Origin: Mytilus californianus | Taxonomy: Eukaryota | Assembly (NCBI RefSeq): GCF_021869535.1 | Contig: NW_026262581.1 | Location: 15,686,001-15,750,000 of the forward strand | Length of the DNA: 64,000 bases | Direction: 5' to 3' | Shown here: positions 13,922 to 26,488 of the stretch, one piece after another | Numbering within the stretch: the stretch's first letter is position 1 | Layout of the letters: every line of letters begins with the position of its first letter | The notes under the pieces: model-generated | The model's database searches: none | The model's input: the letters and a program-made list of their open reading frames with translations, nothing else | What the model was told of the DNA's origin: nothing | Program-made: the position numbers and the translations under genes

Positions 13922-16900
13922 GGACGGAGTGCAACCTAAAGTCCCCTTCGACTTCGTTTGTAGGGGATTAAAAATATTAAGTTTCCAAATTAACACAACA
14001 TTATACCTACCACCCCCAGGTATGATTCCTCTCTTTGTTTCTACCAAACCCATTTTGGCATTACTTGCTGAAATACAATTAAAAGTGCAATTAATATTTT
14101 ACAATAATCTACCATTATAGTTTCATCTAGTGTACATTTTACCATAATCTATGTTCCCTGCTTAATTAATATTTACCAAGATGTACAGCAAGCTATTGTT
14201 CACTAACTGTACTATCAGTCAATGTTGTTGATGCTATATGGATGAAATTAAAAAAATATAGTTTCTGCAAACAGGAATAATAAACTGTTATCACAGAGAT
14301 ATGTCTCGCCTTTTTGTAATTTTGATAATGCAAATGTTGAAATTAAAATAGCAATACTTTAACATGAAAGTTATGCAAATATTCAAAGTCGATGAACCAT
14401 GACTGAAGGTACATGGCTAAACAATCTCCATGGAATGAGATGTGCCAATGCTAATACAACTGCATACCAAATACCATTGACATATTATAAGTCGTTCCCT
14501 TTAAACAAATCTAAACACAAACATTAACTTGTAAACTATGTAAAAGTTTCAAAGTCAATGAACCATGATCAGGGGTGGGGCTATATAATCTCCATGGAAA
14601 TGATACTTGCAAATGCCAATAAATTTGCATACCAAATATCATTGACTTAACACAAACTAATACATGTAAACTAAGCAAAAGTTTCAAAGTAAATAGACCA
14701 TGACAGAGGGGGCAGGGCCAAATATTCTCCATGAAAATGAGATGTGCTAATGCTTATACAACTGAACACCAATTAACATTGGCCTACCACTAATGGTTCC
14801 CCTTGAACTGACCTAATCACAAACTAATACATGTTAACTTAGCAAAATTTTCAAAGTCTATAGACCATGACTAAGGGGGCGGAGCAAATAATCTCCATGG
14901 TAATGAGATGTGCCAATGCTAATACAACTGCATACCAAATATCATTGACCTACCACTAGTGGTTCACCATGAACTAGACCTAATCACAAACTAATACATT
15001 GTTGACGCCGCCGCCGCCGTCGCAACCGCCGCTGCCGACACCAGAAACAGCACACCTATGTCTCGCTTTTTGACTCCGTCAAGGCGAGACAAAAAATGGG
15101 AGGAACTGAAGAAGTTTCACATGGTATGGCATACCCTTACAGAAATATGTTATGGATGGATTGACAAAGCAGGGGTAAAATTATAAACTGCAGTCAAACC
15201 TCATTAAACCGAAGTCAATGGGATCAGACAAAAGTATTCTACTTATCCAAGGTCGAGTTTGTTGTCATAAATTTAGAATGCATGAAATACCGTATGAGAT
15301 TTGTGAAAACTAGATAGTTTTGGTCCATCATAATAATTAACACACACAAGTACAGATACAAAACATTCACAAATATAATCAATACACAATAATTTACAAA
15401 GGTCAGTCAATATTAATTATGGAATCACATGTGAAACAAAACAAGTCCTGAAAGATCACTGATGAGAGTTGTCTGCTTTACACTCAATAATTATAAATTT
15501 GTCATATTGTCTTAATCCTTTTAATTATTGCAATTAATGGATTTCATTTCCAATGATTCATTAATCTCGGATTTGGTCATTTACTTTTGTTTTTAGTGTT
15601 TATGTCATGTGAAATATGTTAAATTTCCACTTGGATGATCAACAAAAGGTCATCATTAACATGTCATTTTAGAAACAAGTATGTTTACACAGCTTTAAAG
15701 TCATATGAAACGAGTTTCTTGTAATTTCAATGTTATCAATATTATTGAACCAATGCATGCATACATACTAAATTAAGTCCTGTATGCACTTTTTTTAATA
15801 TTCATTACGAATCTATAACATATTATTGACAAATAATATTTCATTCAGTGATTGTTGATAGCAGGCTAATTAACTTTTGAGTATGTTGCCAAAGTTTACC
15901 AGATTGTGACATTGATAAACAATCAACACAGAGCATGTGAAGCACATAACAAATACGTGAACAGATAAAGCCATGTTTTTTTTTTATATTTTCCATGTGT
16001 TCCCATTTGTTAATTAACCTTTCCCTTAACAGTTGTTAAATGATTTGTCTTTAATCACTTATGATACCAATTAGTTTCACAAATAAAAACATCTAATTTT
16101 ATTTTTTTTCTGAAGTCTTCATTTTTCAAAATTTTTGCTTTTGAACTTTGAGACAAAGGGGTCAATTGACAATTATTTTATATCAACAGGACTATAAAAT
16201 TTACTCAACTTAACCAAGAATTTGAATCAACCACGTTCCACTCATCAGAGGTTAAAAACTTAAAATGCATTGATCAAACGTAATTATACAGGGACCAAGA
16301 AATTACCTCGACTCATCCAAGTTTTTTACACATCTCAGTTCGACTTTATGTACAAGTCATATTATGATATGCTCTGAGCAACAGAAAAAAGGAGTTAAAA
16401 AGTGTATGTATTTAATTACCTAGAAGCCCAAAACAATCAATTTGTTAAAAAAATAGCATTATTTCATTGAATATTACATGCAATTCTCATGTCACATGCC
16501 AAAGACATTTCTAATCCTCCACCAAGAGCATAACCATCTATAGCAGCTAATGTTGGCATTGGAATATTAGATAAATCTGTGACACTCTGTCGTAGTCCAG
16601 CTACAAATGGTCCTACTTCCTCATTGGTCATCTTAGCTCGCTCCTTTAAGTCAGCACCTAAAACCAAGATTATTTTACTTTAATAATAATCTTTTTAGTT
16701 ATATTAAGTATACCTTTTCCTGTTGTATTAAGTTTCTATCACCATACTTAGGTTTAAAAAAAAATGGACCACATACTAAATTCCTATTCCATGGCTGTAA
16801 CAGTGTTCCATGCTTTGAGGGATGAGCTGCTTGATTGCGATTTCAAAATTCTAAAAGTTTACAATTTGATATATAAAATACAATCCACTACTAATGAATA

Positions 16901-19900
16901 AATATAATCAAAGTGATTGTGAGCACTGAAGGGTTAAGATTGAATTTATTTTGCAGTGGGAACTAAAAATTAAGCATTACATTGTATTAAGCATTGGAAG
17001 GGAATACTATGTATGAATTATAGATATCTTCCCTTGTAGCAAATTGTAGTTTGTTCAACTACAATTATGGACAAAGGAAGATAACTCAAATTTTAAATTT
17101 TATGTTGTTCAGTCTTTAGTTTTCTATGTTGTGTTTTGTATACTGTTGTTTGTCTTTTGGTCATTTTTCGTTTTTTGCCATGGCGTTGCCAGTTTATTTT
17201 TTACTTATGAGTTTGATCATCCCTTTGGTATCTTTCACTTCTCTTTTTTTACAATGACATCATTTATATTTTTAGATACTAGATCATGCACCACTCACAA
17301 TTTATGTAATTTTCTTGACAATATAAAAATAGGCAACTATACAGCCTTCAACAATGAGAAAAACCCATACCACATAGTCGACTATAAATGGCCATGACAT
17401 GAAAAATGTGAAACAATTCAAACGAGAAAACTAACGGTCTAATTTATAACAAAACAATACTAAAAACACATATGGCATACATGAACCATACAACAAGTAT
17501 GGTTCTACACATACATTTATCTTAAATAAATTTCATGAAATATTACTGGATAAGATGTATATAGACTCAAATATATTTTAACTCAAAAGTAGTGATAAAG
17601 TCTGGATAATTGATAACTATCAAGCCAGCCTCATACAGGTTTTGTTTCAAATGCAATCTTTACCCTAAAAATTACAGTTGCACTATGTGTGCATAAGCCA
17701 AATTGCAATCTTAATTGATTTGAACATGTTGTATTAAAGGAAACAATTTCTGAGGTGGAGTACTGTTTTTTGGGGGGTTTCATTTATCCTTTTGGCAATG
17801 AATACTGGAAAGTCTGTTGGAAAATGGCTGCCATTGACTTTAATAATAAATTATGAAGAATAATGTATGTAAACAATAATATATAATCCATAAATCAATA
17901 CAAGTTAAATGTACAGGGTGTAAAAGGGTTATTTTCAAGGTAAAGTTGCAGAAGATTGAACATACATGTATGATTCAAAAGATATCATTATGAAACTTCA
18001 AATTTCAGTCTAGCAATTGCTGTGACTTTGATCTATTGATCCCAAAATCAACACTTGATAGAAATCTTCTTCACCCTGTGATGGATTATCAAACCAAGTT
18101 TGGTTCTAGTTGTAGATATGGTTCAAATATATACATGATATATACATATATAGACTCAAATTTATAGCTTGCTGTTTGGTGTGAGCCAAGGCTCTGTGTT
18201 GAAGGCCGTACTTTGACCTATAATGGTTTACTTTTACAAATTGTGACTTGGATGGAGAGTTGTCTCATTGGCACTCATACCACATCTTCTTATATCTATA
18301 TATGTATATATAAATATTTGATTTGTTGGTTAGGGTTATGTAGGATTAATTTTGGCCTAGGTTGTGGTGAATTGATAGCAATAGTCTGCCATATAGGTGC
18401 TAGATATCTCATTAGCAGTGATCTGTATCTATTTTTTCATATGAGCCATATCCTCAACATAAACCATTAGCAACAGTTTTGTACTTACCTGCACAGAATA
18501 CACCAGGCACCAAACTTCTAATAATCAGTACTCTTATGTTTTTCTCAAACTTCACATTGTTAATGCAGCCTTGAAACTGAGATAAAAATTATGAGGAATA
18601 AATATTTGTCAAATTTGAATTTGAAAATGTTTATGTGACTTACCACTTTAAAATGTAACAGGCTACAAATAGACAGAAAGTAAAGGTCAATAAGTCTGCA
18701 ACCCTCAAGTACAATAAAACTAAAAAGCACATCTACCATTTCTACCATGTTGAAGAATCTTGTAGTAATTTATTTTGGGGGAGCAGCAGCAAAAACTAAA
18801 TTTTAAGCTTTTTATTCTACGTAACTAGGGATCAAACCGACAACCTTCAACATGTTTAACATTAGAGGGGAGCACACTTCCAGGAGACCACCAAAATCGG
18901 TTCTTTTGGACGTATGATCTATACTGCAATGACACTTGTGTGTTTTCTCTCAGTAAAATAATTAAGTGTGTATCCCTCTTTTTATCAAAGTGATAGAAAC
19001 CTATCATTACATAGTCAGCCGTCAGTTATCTACAACCAATTCAAACATAATCTACATCATGATATTATACATGTTATATTAGCTACAGCATATGTACATA
19101 CAATGAGCAAAATAAAGCGTATCCTGGAATAAAAGCTGTACCCTTGATGTATAAATAATTAAGTAAAAATTCAAATTTAAATTGAAACAACATGTAATTT
19201 TGTTTACAAATTTAAATGAAATACAAAAGTGTGACAATATGAACATATCTAGTACATGTATATTTAAAACTTGGTAAAAGCATCCAAAATCATTTTTTTT
19301 AAATCTAGCTTTAGAAATTTAGGAAAAGCTAATTGAATAAATCATGTACTAATGGGAAATTCCGATACTATAAAAATCCCTTCATGCATGTACAATCTTA
19401 CATGTACCTTAATTCAATGTTTTAAGTAAAAATACATTGAACTTTATTTGAACTTTGGTGGATAGTTGTCTCATTAGCAATCATACCTCATCTCCTTATT
19501 TTTATATTGACACCAAGGGACAGAATGTTGGAACAAAAAAATTTCTGTCTGAAATATATATTAAATAAATTGCTTCACCGAGAGCAGCTGGATACGACCG
19601 CAGAGGTCCAACCCTGAACAGTTGGGTCAAAAATGGACACAATATTCTAGCTTGATACAGGTCTGAATTTGGATTGTGATTCAATATTTGACACACAATA
19701 GGTTTCTGACACAGAATAACTGTAGTCAAAGAACTTAGAATTGGTTATATGATTTGAATTTATATTCATTTTTTTGCTTTTGTGCAATACACTATGCTGT
19801 TGTGAATTGACCTTCAAGTGGAGAGAAGTCTTATTGGCAATCATACCAGATCTTCTTATTTTTACATGTTTTATATGGTCTCCAAAAACAAATTTAACAT

Positions 19901-21764
19901 CCTTTCTTTTCTACATCATGTATATTAATTACAAACCTACCTGACTGAGGAAAACTTTTCCTAAAGAATTCTTTGCTTTTGGTCTATTCATTGAGATCAC
20001 AGCAATACCTATGATAAAATAATAATTGGTTTCTAATACAATTTCACCAATGAAAATTTGTTTTTAAGTGAATATCATTAAATTAACAAATGTACAGTAC
20101 ATGTATATATTCTCTCTCATGATATACATTATAAACTTGCCATTTTGTATATATCTTATACTGACAAATGGAACTATTGTGTCAAAAATATTCAAAAGTG
20201 TTTTGACTGTTATAAATTATGTTTGGTAAAGTGTCTTGAACTTAAAATATCGTGTTAGCATAGTTAGCAAAATGGTTAGGATGGACTTGTGTTGTTTGCA
20301 GAAAACTAATTAGAATATATTTAAATACTATATTAACATGATTAAAGGTAGGATTTAACCTTAAAGATGTTATAGTTAATATACAATATTTTTCTGTTAA
20401 TATCAATCAAAAGTTAAGCTTGGTATGTACACATATGTTTAAGTTATAAAAAAAAGCAATATTGATTAATTTTGCATCTCTAACATCCTGACATCATGAA
20501 CATATCATAAGGAAGTTGACAAAATAAACCATTCTTTTTTTCTTTTCTTTTCTTTTTATGTTTTTTGGTTATTATTGAAATTAAACTATTCTTTTAAAAA
20601 TAACATAATTAAGGTGACAAAATTACTAAAAAATTAATTTATTTTTAGAACAATTTTTGAGGTCAATAATGAGATCCTGGCTTCAAACACTGAACTGTTT
20701 TAATAAAAAAGTAAGAAACTTATTTTGTCATAAATGGATTCATTGATAATTCTTTAATAAATATAAGTTACAACATTTTATAATAATATGTAATTGTAAT
20801 TTGTATCTCTTTATTTTTATATTAACAGTTCTGACAGAAAGGTCTATTGGGAAGGTCATGATGCTACTGAACATGTTGTACTGTTTCATTTATTAAATGC
20901 ACGTAAAAAAAGAGCCTCAATGAGTATACCCTTTACTATCAATGCATCACAACTTAAGGGAAACCCTGGAGGTAAATAAATGTTATGTGTTACATGTATT
21001 CAGACTAAATGAGTCTCCTCTTGATGTTTTATGCACATGCTCTTTAATTGTCTGTTGCGACCCTCTCCCTAATACTAAAAGGATACATGTACACGATCTT
21101 TGTGGTCCGTAAAAGTGGTAACCCGAACTCAGGTGCAGTTCATTCATAAAAAGGAATGTTGAAATTTACACTTTGGGTATTTAGCTGAATTTGCTCCAAA
21201 TGACCCTATATATGTATGTCTCTGTATAACCTTCTGGGTCTTGCAACAATCTCTATTAACTATGACATCAAATGTTGTACATTGTGAGGCAAAATTTTTA
21301 CGGGACGTTGTTTGACTTAAACAGAGACATATACACATGTGTATATATGTCTCTGACTTGAAGTGATGAATGACAAATTTGCAAACAATTGGATAAATAC
21401 GTCTATTACCATGATTACCCTCTCCCCTTTTCTTGTAGCAGTGGAGCGTCATATGTAGCCTGCTTCCTATGAAGTTATTATAGGATTAATGTCTGAAATA
21501 ACCCCTTCAGATTTTGTTCAATAACTGTAACACAGAACATAATAAAAAGGGGGGTCATGAACCAAAGCGACGATTAGCTTGCATTTTGTTTAAAACAAAA
21601 TTAAAAATACCTTCATTGTCACCCTCCAAAAATTCAAGACTGCATTCATCAGTATCATTTGATTTAACTAAATACGTGTTTTTTAACATAACCGAGCATC
21701 TTGACACCGAAAGGAATAAATCTTTCCTCAAACTTTGGACTCGACATAAAACGGAAGTTGCCAT
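7172..21764 (-). CDS. AUH: Methylglutaconyl-CoA hydratase, mitochondrial (crotonase fold), 9 coding exons, 303 aa
   Basis: Exons 21611-21764, 19941-20008, 18489-18576, 16478-16657, 14011-14067, 12059-12246, 10659-10709, 8006-8053 and 7172-7249 all have GT-AG boundaries. They total 912 nt in one open frame. Motifs [35 protein letters not shown] and PTKDRIEG match AUH; both catalytic Glu (E153, E173) are present. Confidence 0.97.
8006..8053 (-). CDS. AUH: AUH exon 8 ([16 protein letters not shown])
   Basis: ttacag acceptor, gtaat donor, 48 nt, phase 0/0. Confidence 0.93.
10659..10709 (-). CDS. AUH: AUH exon 7 ([17 protein letters not shown])
   Basis: tttcag acceptor, gtaagt donor, 51 nt. Confidence 0.93.
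11038..11429. mobile_element. MITE, PIF/Harbinger-like (TAA target-site duplication), in AUH intron 6
   Basis: TIR ggccaaataaaaatacatgtgtggttccagttac / gtaactggaaccacacatatatttttatttggcc; both ends are flanked by TAA. Confidence 0.75.
12059..12246 (-). CDS. AUH: AUH exon 6 ([23 protein letters not shown]...ALEITPN)
   Basis: tttcag acceptor, gtaagt donor, 188 nt. Confidence 0.96.
13238..13974 (+). mobile_element. Helentron/pearl-like non-autonomous element with ~170-190-bp tandem cores and a (GACA)n microsatellite
   Basis: Starts taacaag. The motif agtcccct occurs near both ends. Repeated core aacttga.ctgtaacttgtca.gataaa. (GACA)n at ~13850-13918, then the 3' hairpin tcccct...aggggatt and an A-run. 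Confidence 0.65.
14011..14067 (-). CDS. AUH: AUH exon 5 ([18 protein letters not shown])
   Basis: tttcag acceptor, gtagg donor, 57 nt, phase 1/1. Confidence 0.95.
14293..15096 (+). mobile_element. Helentron/pearl-like element with 4 tandem ~150-170-bp cores and a (GCC)n tract
   Basis: The motif atgtctcgc occurs at both ends. Cores tcaaagt..atgaaccatga...tctccatgg.aatgagatgtgc.aatgc at ~14385, 14550, 14685 and 14850. (GCC)n at ~15007-15037. 3' hairpin tctcgc...gcgaga plus an A-run. Confidence 0.65.
16478..16657 (-). CDS. AUH: AUH exon 4 (ADLKERAKM...LACDMRIA)
   Basis: ttttag acceptor, gtaata donor, 180 nt. Confidence 0.96.
18489..18576 (-). CDS. AUH: AUH exon 3 ([29 protein letters not shown])
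   Basis: tctcag acceptor, gtaagt donor, 88 nt. Confidence 0.95.
19941..20008 (-). CDS. AUH: AUH exon 2 ([23 protein letters not shown])
   Basis: tcatag acceptor, gtagg donor, 68 nt. Confidence 0.94.
21611..21764 (-). CDS. AUH: AUH exon 1, with probable mitochondrial presequence
   Basis: [31 protein letters not shown] is Arg/Lys/Ser-rich and acid-poor. It ends GDNE-G|gtatt in phase 1, matching exon 2. Confidence 0.88.
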
Positions 21765-21904
21765 TTTTTCTTTTGAGTTACTCCCCCTATGTTATTGCTG
21801 CCCATCGATTTACTGTTCGATGTCAAGTTAGAGTTAGAGTTTGGTCCGTGTTCGAATTTCTGTTGAAGTTAGAGATAAATCTTTCTAAAATTGTCCGTTT
21901 ATAC

Positions 21905-22770
21905 ATTTATAATAACATAAACGGTACCAATTTTTCTGCACCAGATGCGCATTTCGACAATCGATGTCTCTTCAGTGATTTGTCACGTGTGAATAATATT
22001 ATTTTTTTTTTTTGTATTAATATCTTTTAATATATCATCAAAGACATTATAAACTTTTATTTTATTCACTTTAACTAACTAATTTTATTTTAAAATTATA
22101 TTTTTCATATCGTAAATATAAAAATATCCGCTTTTTCGGTTAAGTATTTAAAATTCTAATACTCATTCGATAACTGGAGTGCTCCGATAAAACGGAGGAA
22201 TATACCAGAACAGAACAGAACAGATGTTCGAGGCCAAAATATTTAAAAATCCAAAGCTAATTAAAAAGATGACTAAGAGCTATAAACCAAAAAGGACATA
22301 AAAGTATAGCCAAAGCCGGAGAAGGATTCAGAGCTTTGCATGAGGGAGATACATTCCTTAATTTTAAATAATTTCCAAAATTTTGTAACAGCAAATTTCA
22401 AGAACACAAAATCCGTATTTTACTGGGCTGGTGATACCCTCGGGGACTTTCAGTCCACCAGCAGAGGCATCGACCCAGTGGTAGTAATAACATAAACGGT
22501 ACCAATTTTTCTGCACCAGATGCGCATTTCGACAATCGATGTCTCTTCAGTCATGCTCGAGGCCAAAATATCTTGATATATTAAAGTGATAATAACTCCC
22601 TCAGGCAAAGTTGTCCTTATATTGATTTGGCTATTTGTAGGTCCTTTTTGGTCATAAAGCTCCTCAACTGTTTCGGTTCTTATACATCACTGGCTTTCAC
22701 ATATTCGGCTTTGAGCGTTACTGATGAAGGTAAATACAGAAAAGCGCTAAACAATTTATAAAGCGTTGTT
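21905..22770 (+). repeat. Dispersed repeat family (aataacataaacggtaccaattttt.ctgcaccagatgcgcatttcgac), partly duplicated
   Basis: A near-identical ~65-bp motif at ~21911 and ~22486; a related inverted piece at ~4480-4620. Confidence 0.65.
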
Positions 22771-22869
22771 TTCATTTTTTATCTCATGATATACCATTGG
22801 ACAAATTATTAGCAAATGGTTTTCCTGACATTCAGTATCTTTGTTAAAATCATACCACATCGACATAAA

Positions 22870-25310
22870 ACAACAAATGAAAGTAAAGTCCATAACCAGA
22901 AGGATAAAAAAATACTAGAAAGACAATTCAAATAAAGACAAGGCGATATGGTCCTACATCAAATCCAAGTCGAATTCAGACACGGTCAGGTATTGCTGAC
23001 CTTCACAAAGAAGGACACAATAACAAAGAAAACAGACACTAACTTGGAAAAGGCAGAAATCCTGGCTGAATTATTTAGCAGTGTATTCACCAACGAACTT
23101 GCCAAGCAGATGGTGCAGCGACTACACTTCACTGAGCACAAAGAAATTTAACATGGTATGGGGAATCTGACGGTAAACAAAGATACAGTAACTATTTAAA
23201 AGCACTATTGAGATTGAAATAAGGACAATCACCTGGATTAGACAGTCTTCATCCCAGATTTATGAAAGAAACAAATACAACCAATCTATAAACAAATCTA
23301 CAGTACCATGTATGTGGAGGAGTGCATTAATTAGTGCAATCTTCAAGAAAAGAAATAAGTGCCAAGCTGGTAACTATGACTCAACTATTGGCCAGTCAGC
23401 TTTACGTCTGTGGCTTGTAAAGTACTTGAAAGCATTGTAAGAGAACCTATCATAGGATTTATGAAGAGGAACGCATTCTTTACTAAACGTCAGTATTGGT
23501 TTATATCAGGCCGATATACAGCTCTTTAGCTCCTAGAAGTACTTGGCAAATGGACAGAGGCACTAGACATAGGCGGTACTCGATCGACTGCTTTTATATG
23601 GACTACCCCAAAAAAATTGATAAAGTATCACATTGGCTACTACATAATTAACTAGTTTCAAACGGTATTAATGACCAACTTACAAAATTGGATCGACAGT
23701 TTTTTTTATCAGGAAGAGTACAACAATTAGGAGTCAATGGTAAAAAGTGTTCTTGGCATAAAGTTACATCAGGATTCCCGCAAGTGTCTGTATTACACAC
23801 CAGGTATATCACGATCCAAAATAAGTGGAGGGATCCGATCCCGATGAGCAATAACATGAGACCGTAAACGGTGGAGAAGTAAAATCTCGATCCGATTCCC
23901 ACGGAGCATAATCCTCGGATCCAGATTTTACTTCCCCATGCGTTTGCGATCTCCGCGGGATACTCGTTGTGTATGAGTACCACTCCTATATGTAATCTTT
24001 ATCAACGACCTACCAGAATCTCTGGAATCACCAACTTTCCACTTTGCGGACGACACCTAAATATTTAACGTTATTGTATATGATATCGAATATACAAAAC
24101 TGACACTATACGTAAATGGGGAGTTTGAATAAAGTAATACATATGACATACAATTAGCTTCTATGTCTAGATTCAATTATTTGTCTCATAAATAAAAAAA
24201 ACAACACCATTTTAGAATTGGTGAATTTGTCATGGCTTTAGTTTTACAACAACATTATAACAACAGTGAGATTTTCAAGAGGCCAACGAATAAATCATTC
24301 AATGAAAATATAATCATGTTTTTCATTGATTCAGTAAAGGGCAACCAGAACTGAAGAGGTGGTAACTGGGCTTCCAGCACCTAAATAAGATAAATTCCGC
24401 CATACACATTGATTGTTCATCTATTTTGGATCACAGCACCATCCATCAAATGTCAAAATGTATCAAAGTACTATTCTTCAAAGTCATGACGATTTAGTAA
24501 AGACTGCATACAAAATATGTACTTATAAAAAATATAAGCAGCAAACAAAAATTTTGGGTAGGGTGTGGTGGGTTAATGTCCTTGCACTCCGTCTAAAGTT
24601 TGTTGAACAATGAAACAACGTGTCCAAAACAACTAAAATTTTATTATTGTTTAAATTACCATAATTGTTGAGAAGAACTCTTCAATTCATGAATAATGAT
24701 ACATTCAACACTTGTAAGGATACAGCTAGACTATGCAAACTCGATATGGACATCATTCACAGCAAAACATATAGGACAGATAGAAGGAGTGCAGAGAAAG
24801 GCAACGAAACAAATCCCAGAACTCAGAATTTTAACATACCCAGAAAAACTAAAGAAATTTAAACTAACAACTTTAAGATACCGTCGACTGAGGTGCGACA
24901 TGATAGAGGTATAGAAGATCATAAACGGTAAATATGACGAAAATGCAAGCACACTGCTAAAACTATGGAAAGATATGGCACATAGATCGAGCATCAGAGG
25001 AAACAATTTAAAACATTATCATCAGAGGGCCAAAACATCGCCAAGGAAGAATTCTTTTGCTCTGAGAGTGGTCAAATATTGGAATATTCTACTAGACAAA
25101 ATTGTTACAGCTCAAACTTTAAACACCATTATGAACAGATACTGGGAAGATCACTACATTATATATGAAGATTTCAATTCAAACATCACATTGATCGATA
25201 TTAGAAAGGAAGAGATGTCAACTTCGAACTAACGGAAGAAAAATTAGAGTCCGGTATAGAAAAGCCAGAAGGATCCTGCACTGGAAAACATCACAAGTTA
25301 TGGCTAGGTA
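22870..25310 (+). mobile_element. CR1-like LINE, decayed RT and 3' region, interrupted by insertions
   Basis: Frame-shifted motifs AEILAELFSSVFT, SPGLDSLHPR, RPVSLTSVACKVLESIV, QYGFISGR, VTSGIPQ.SVL, IFINDLP, FADDT, then LDYANSIW, IEGVQRKATK, LRYRRLR.DMIEV, RGNNLK, F.LRVVKYWN. Confidence 0.85.
23810..23983. mobile_element. Short hairpin-bearing insertion inside the CR1 RT
   Basis: It splits SVL|(GP)LLYVIFIND. An internal 20-bp stem gaagtaaaatctcgatccga / tcggatccagattttacttc spans 23876-23934. Confidence 0.6.
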
Positions 25311-25778
25311 AGTAGTGTTCTGGGTAGCTGGTCTGTAATCCAAAAGTTTCACGGTACATCGAGGCTTAATTCAGGGATCCTTTTTTGTTTTATAACTTCA
25401 TAAACGATATTAATTTTTGTTGTTGTTAAGAAACAGTTACAGTCGTCCAGATTATTACAGTCTCAAATCTACATGACAAGCTGAGTCTAAAGTGATAGTT
25501 AGGTTGGTTCAAATGAATAAAATAAAATAAAATGCAAGCAAATCCTTATAAATTACAGGTCCTTACTGTAAAGAAAAATCTTTGCAAAACAAAAAATACG
25601 TCAATCTAAATTCAGCAAATTATCTTAAAATTCCAAGAGACTGTCTACTAACTTGGAATTGATATAAATTACCAACATAAAGACGCACATTTAAGTAACT
25701 TTAGTAGAAAGGCGACACAGAGGCTGAATATTTTAAAAAGAATTGGATTAGGATCCAGATTATTAAGATCAAGGTTAG

Positions 25779-26488
25779 GTAAATGGGCTGTGTCACAGAT
25801 TTTTTTTTGTGAAATTTTGCATACAACTTTGGCTCGTTGAACTACGTGTATAATCGAATTTCTAAAAATAATGCTTTTACCCCTGAGACATTACTGAATT
25901 GATTCTTTGAAAAAAGATGAACATTTGTATAAAAAGCACATAGATTGGCGAAGAAAACACTCTTAGATTTGTTTTAAAACTCAAAAGTTGATATGTTGTT
26001 GGTACATACAATGTACAATTTCCATTTGATAGATATAAAATAATCATAAGGCCGCCAATACGCTTGGTATAAAAAGTGTTAAAGGGTACATAGTTCCTGA
26101 GGAAGTACAATTCAAATCGAAAGAGTAAATTATATCGGTTTAAAGTTGGCTCATCAAGAAAGAAGTTGGTAAATGCCCATAGAAAGCAACGAAGTAAAGT
26201 AAATACACTTGTATTTAGTGGACAACAGGTCCTACACTTTAAAAACAATCGAAGCACATGTAATTGGAGATCTGATGATCTTAAGACAAATTTTAGAACG
26301 TTTTTCGCCAATTTTATGCGGTTTTTATTCACATGCGCATTAAAATTATTTTGAAATAATTAATTCAGTAATATTTGCAGAAAATATAAGAGATAAATGC
26401 ATAATTATTTCGAGTTTTAGTTATAATAGTTTAACGAGCAAAAGTTGTACGCAAAATTTTACCAAAAGCCATGAAATAGCCCATTTAC
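25779..26488. mobile_element. Degenerate TIR-bounded element (~100-bp imperfect inverted arms)
   Basis: gtaaatgggct...aaattttgcatacaactttggctcgttgaact versus agtttaacgagcaaaagttgtacgcaaaattt...agcccatttac. Confidence 0.55.

Noticed and set aside
13793-14053. ORF with SVCL repeats
   Set aside because: AUH exon 5 read through into intronic (GACA)n.
25877-26332. 151-aa ORF
   Set aside because: No recognisable motif, AT-rich composition, and it lies inside a TIR-bounded element; probably spurious.
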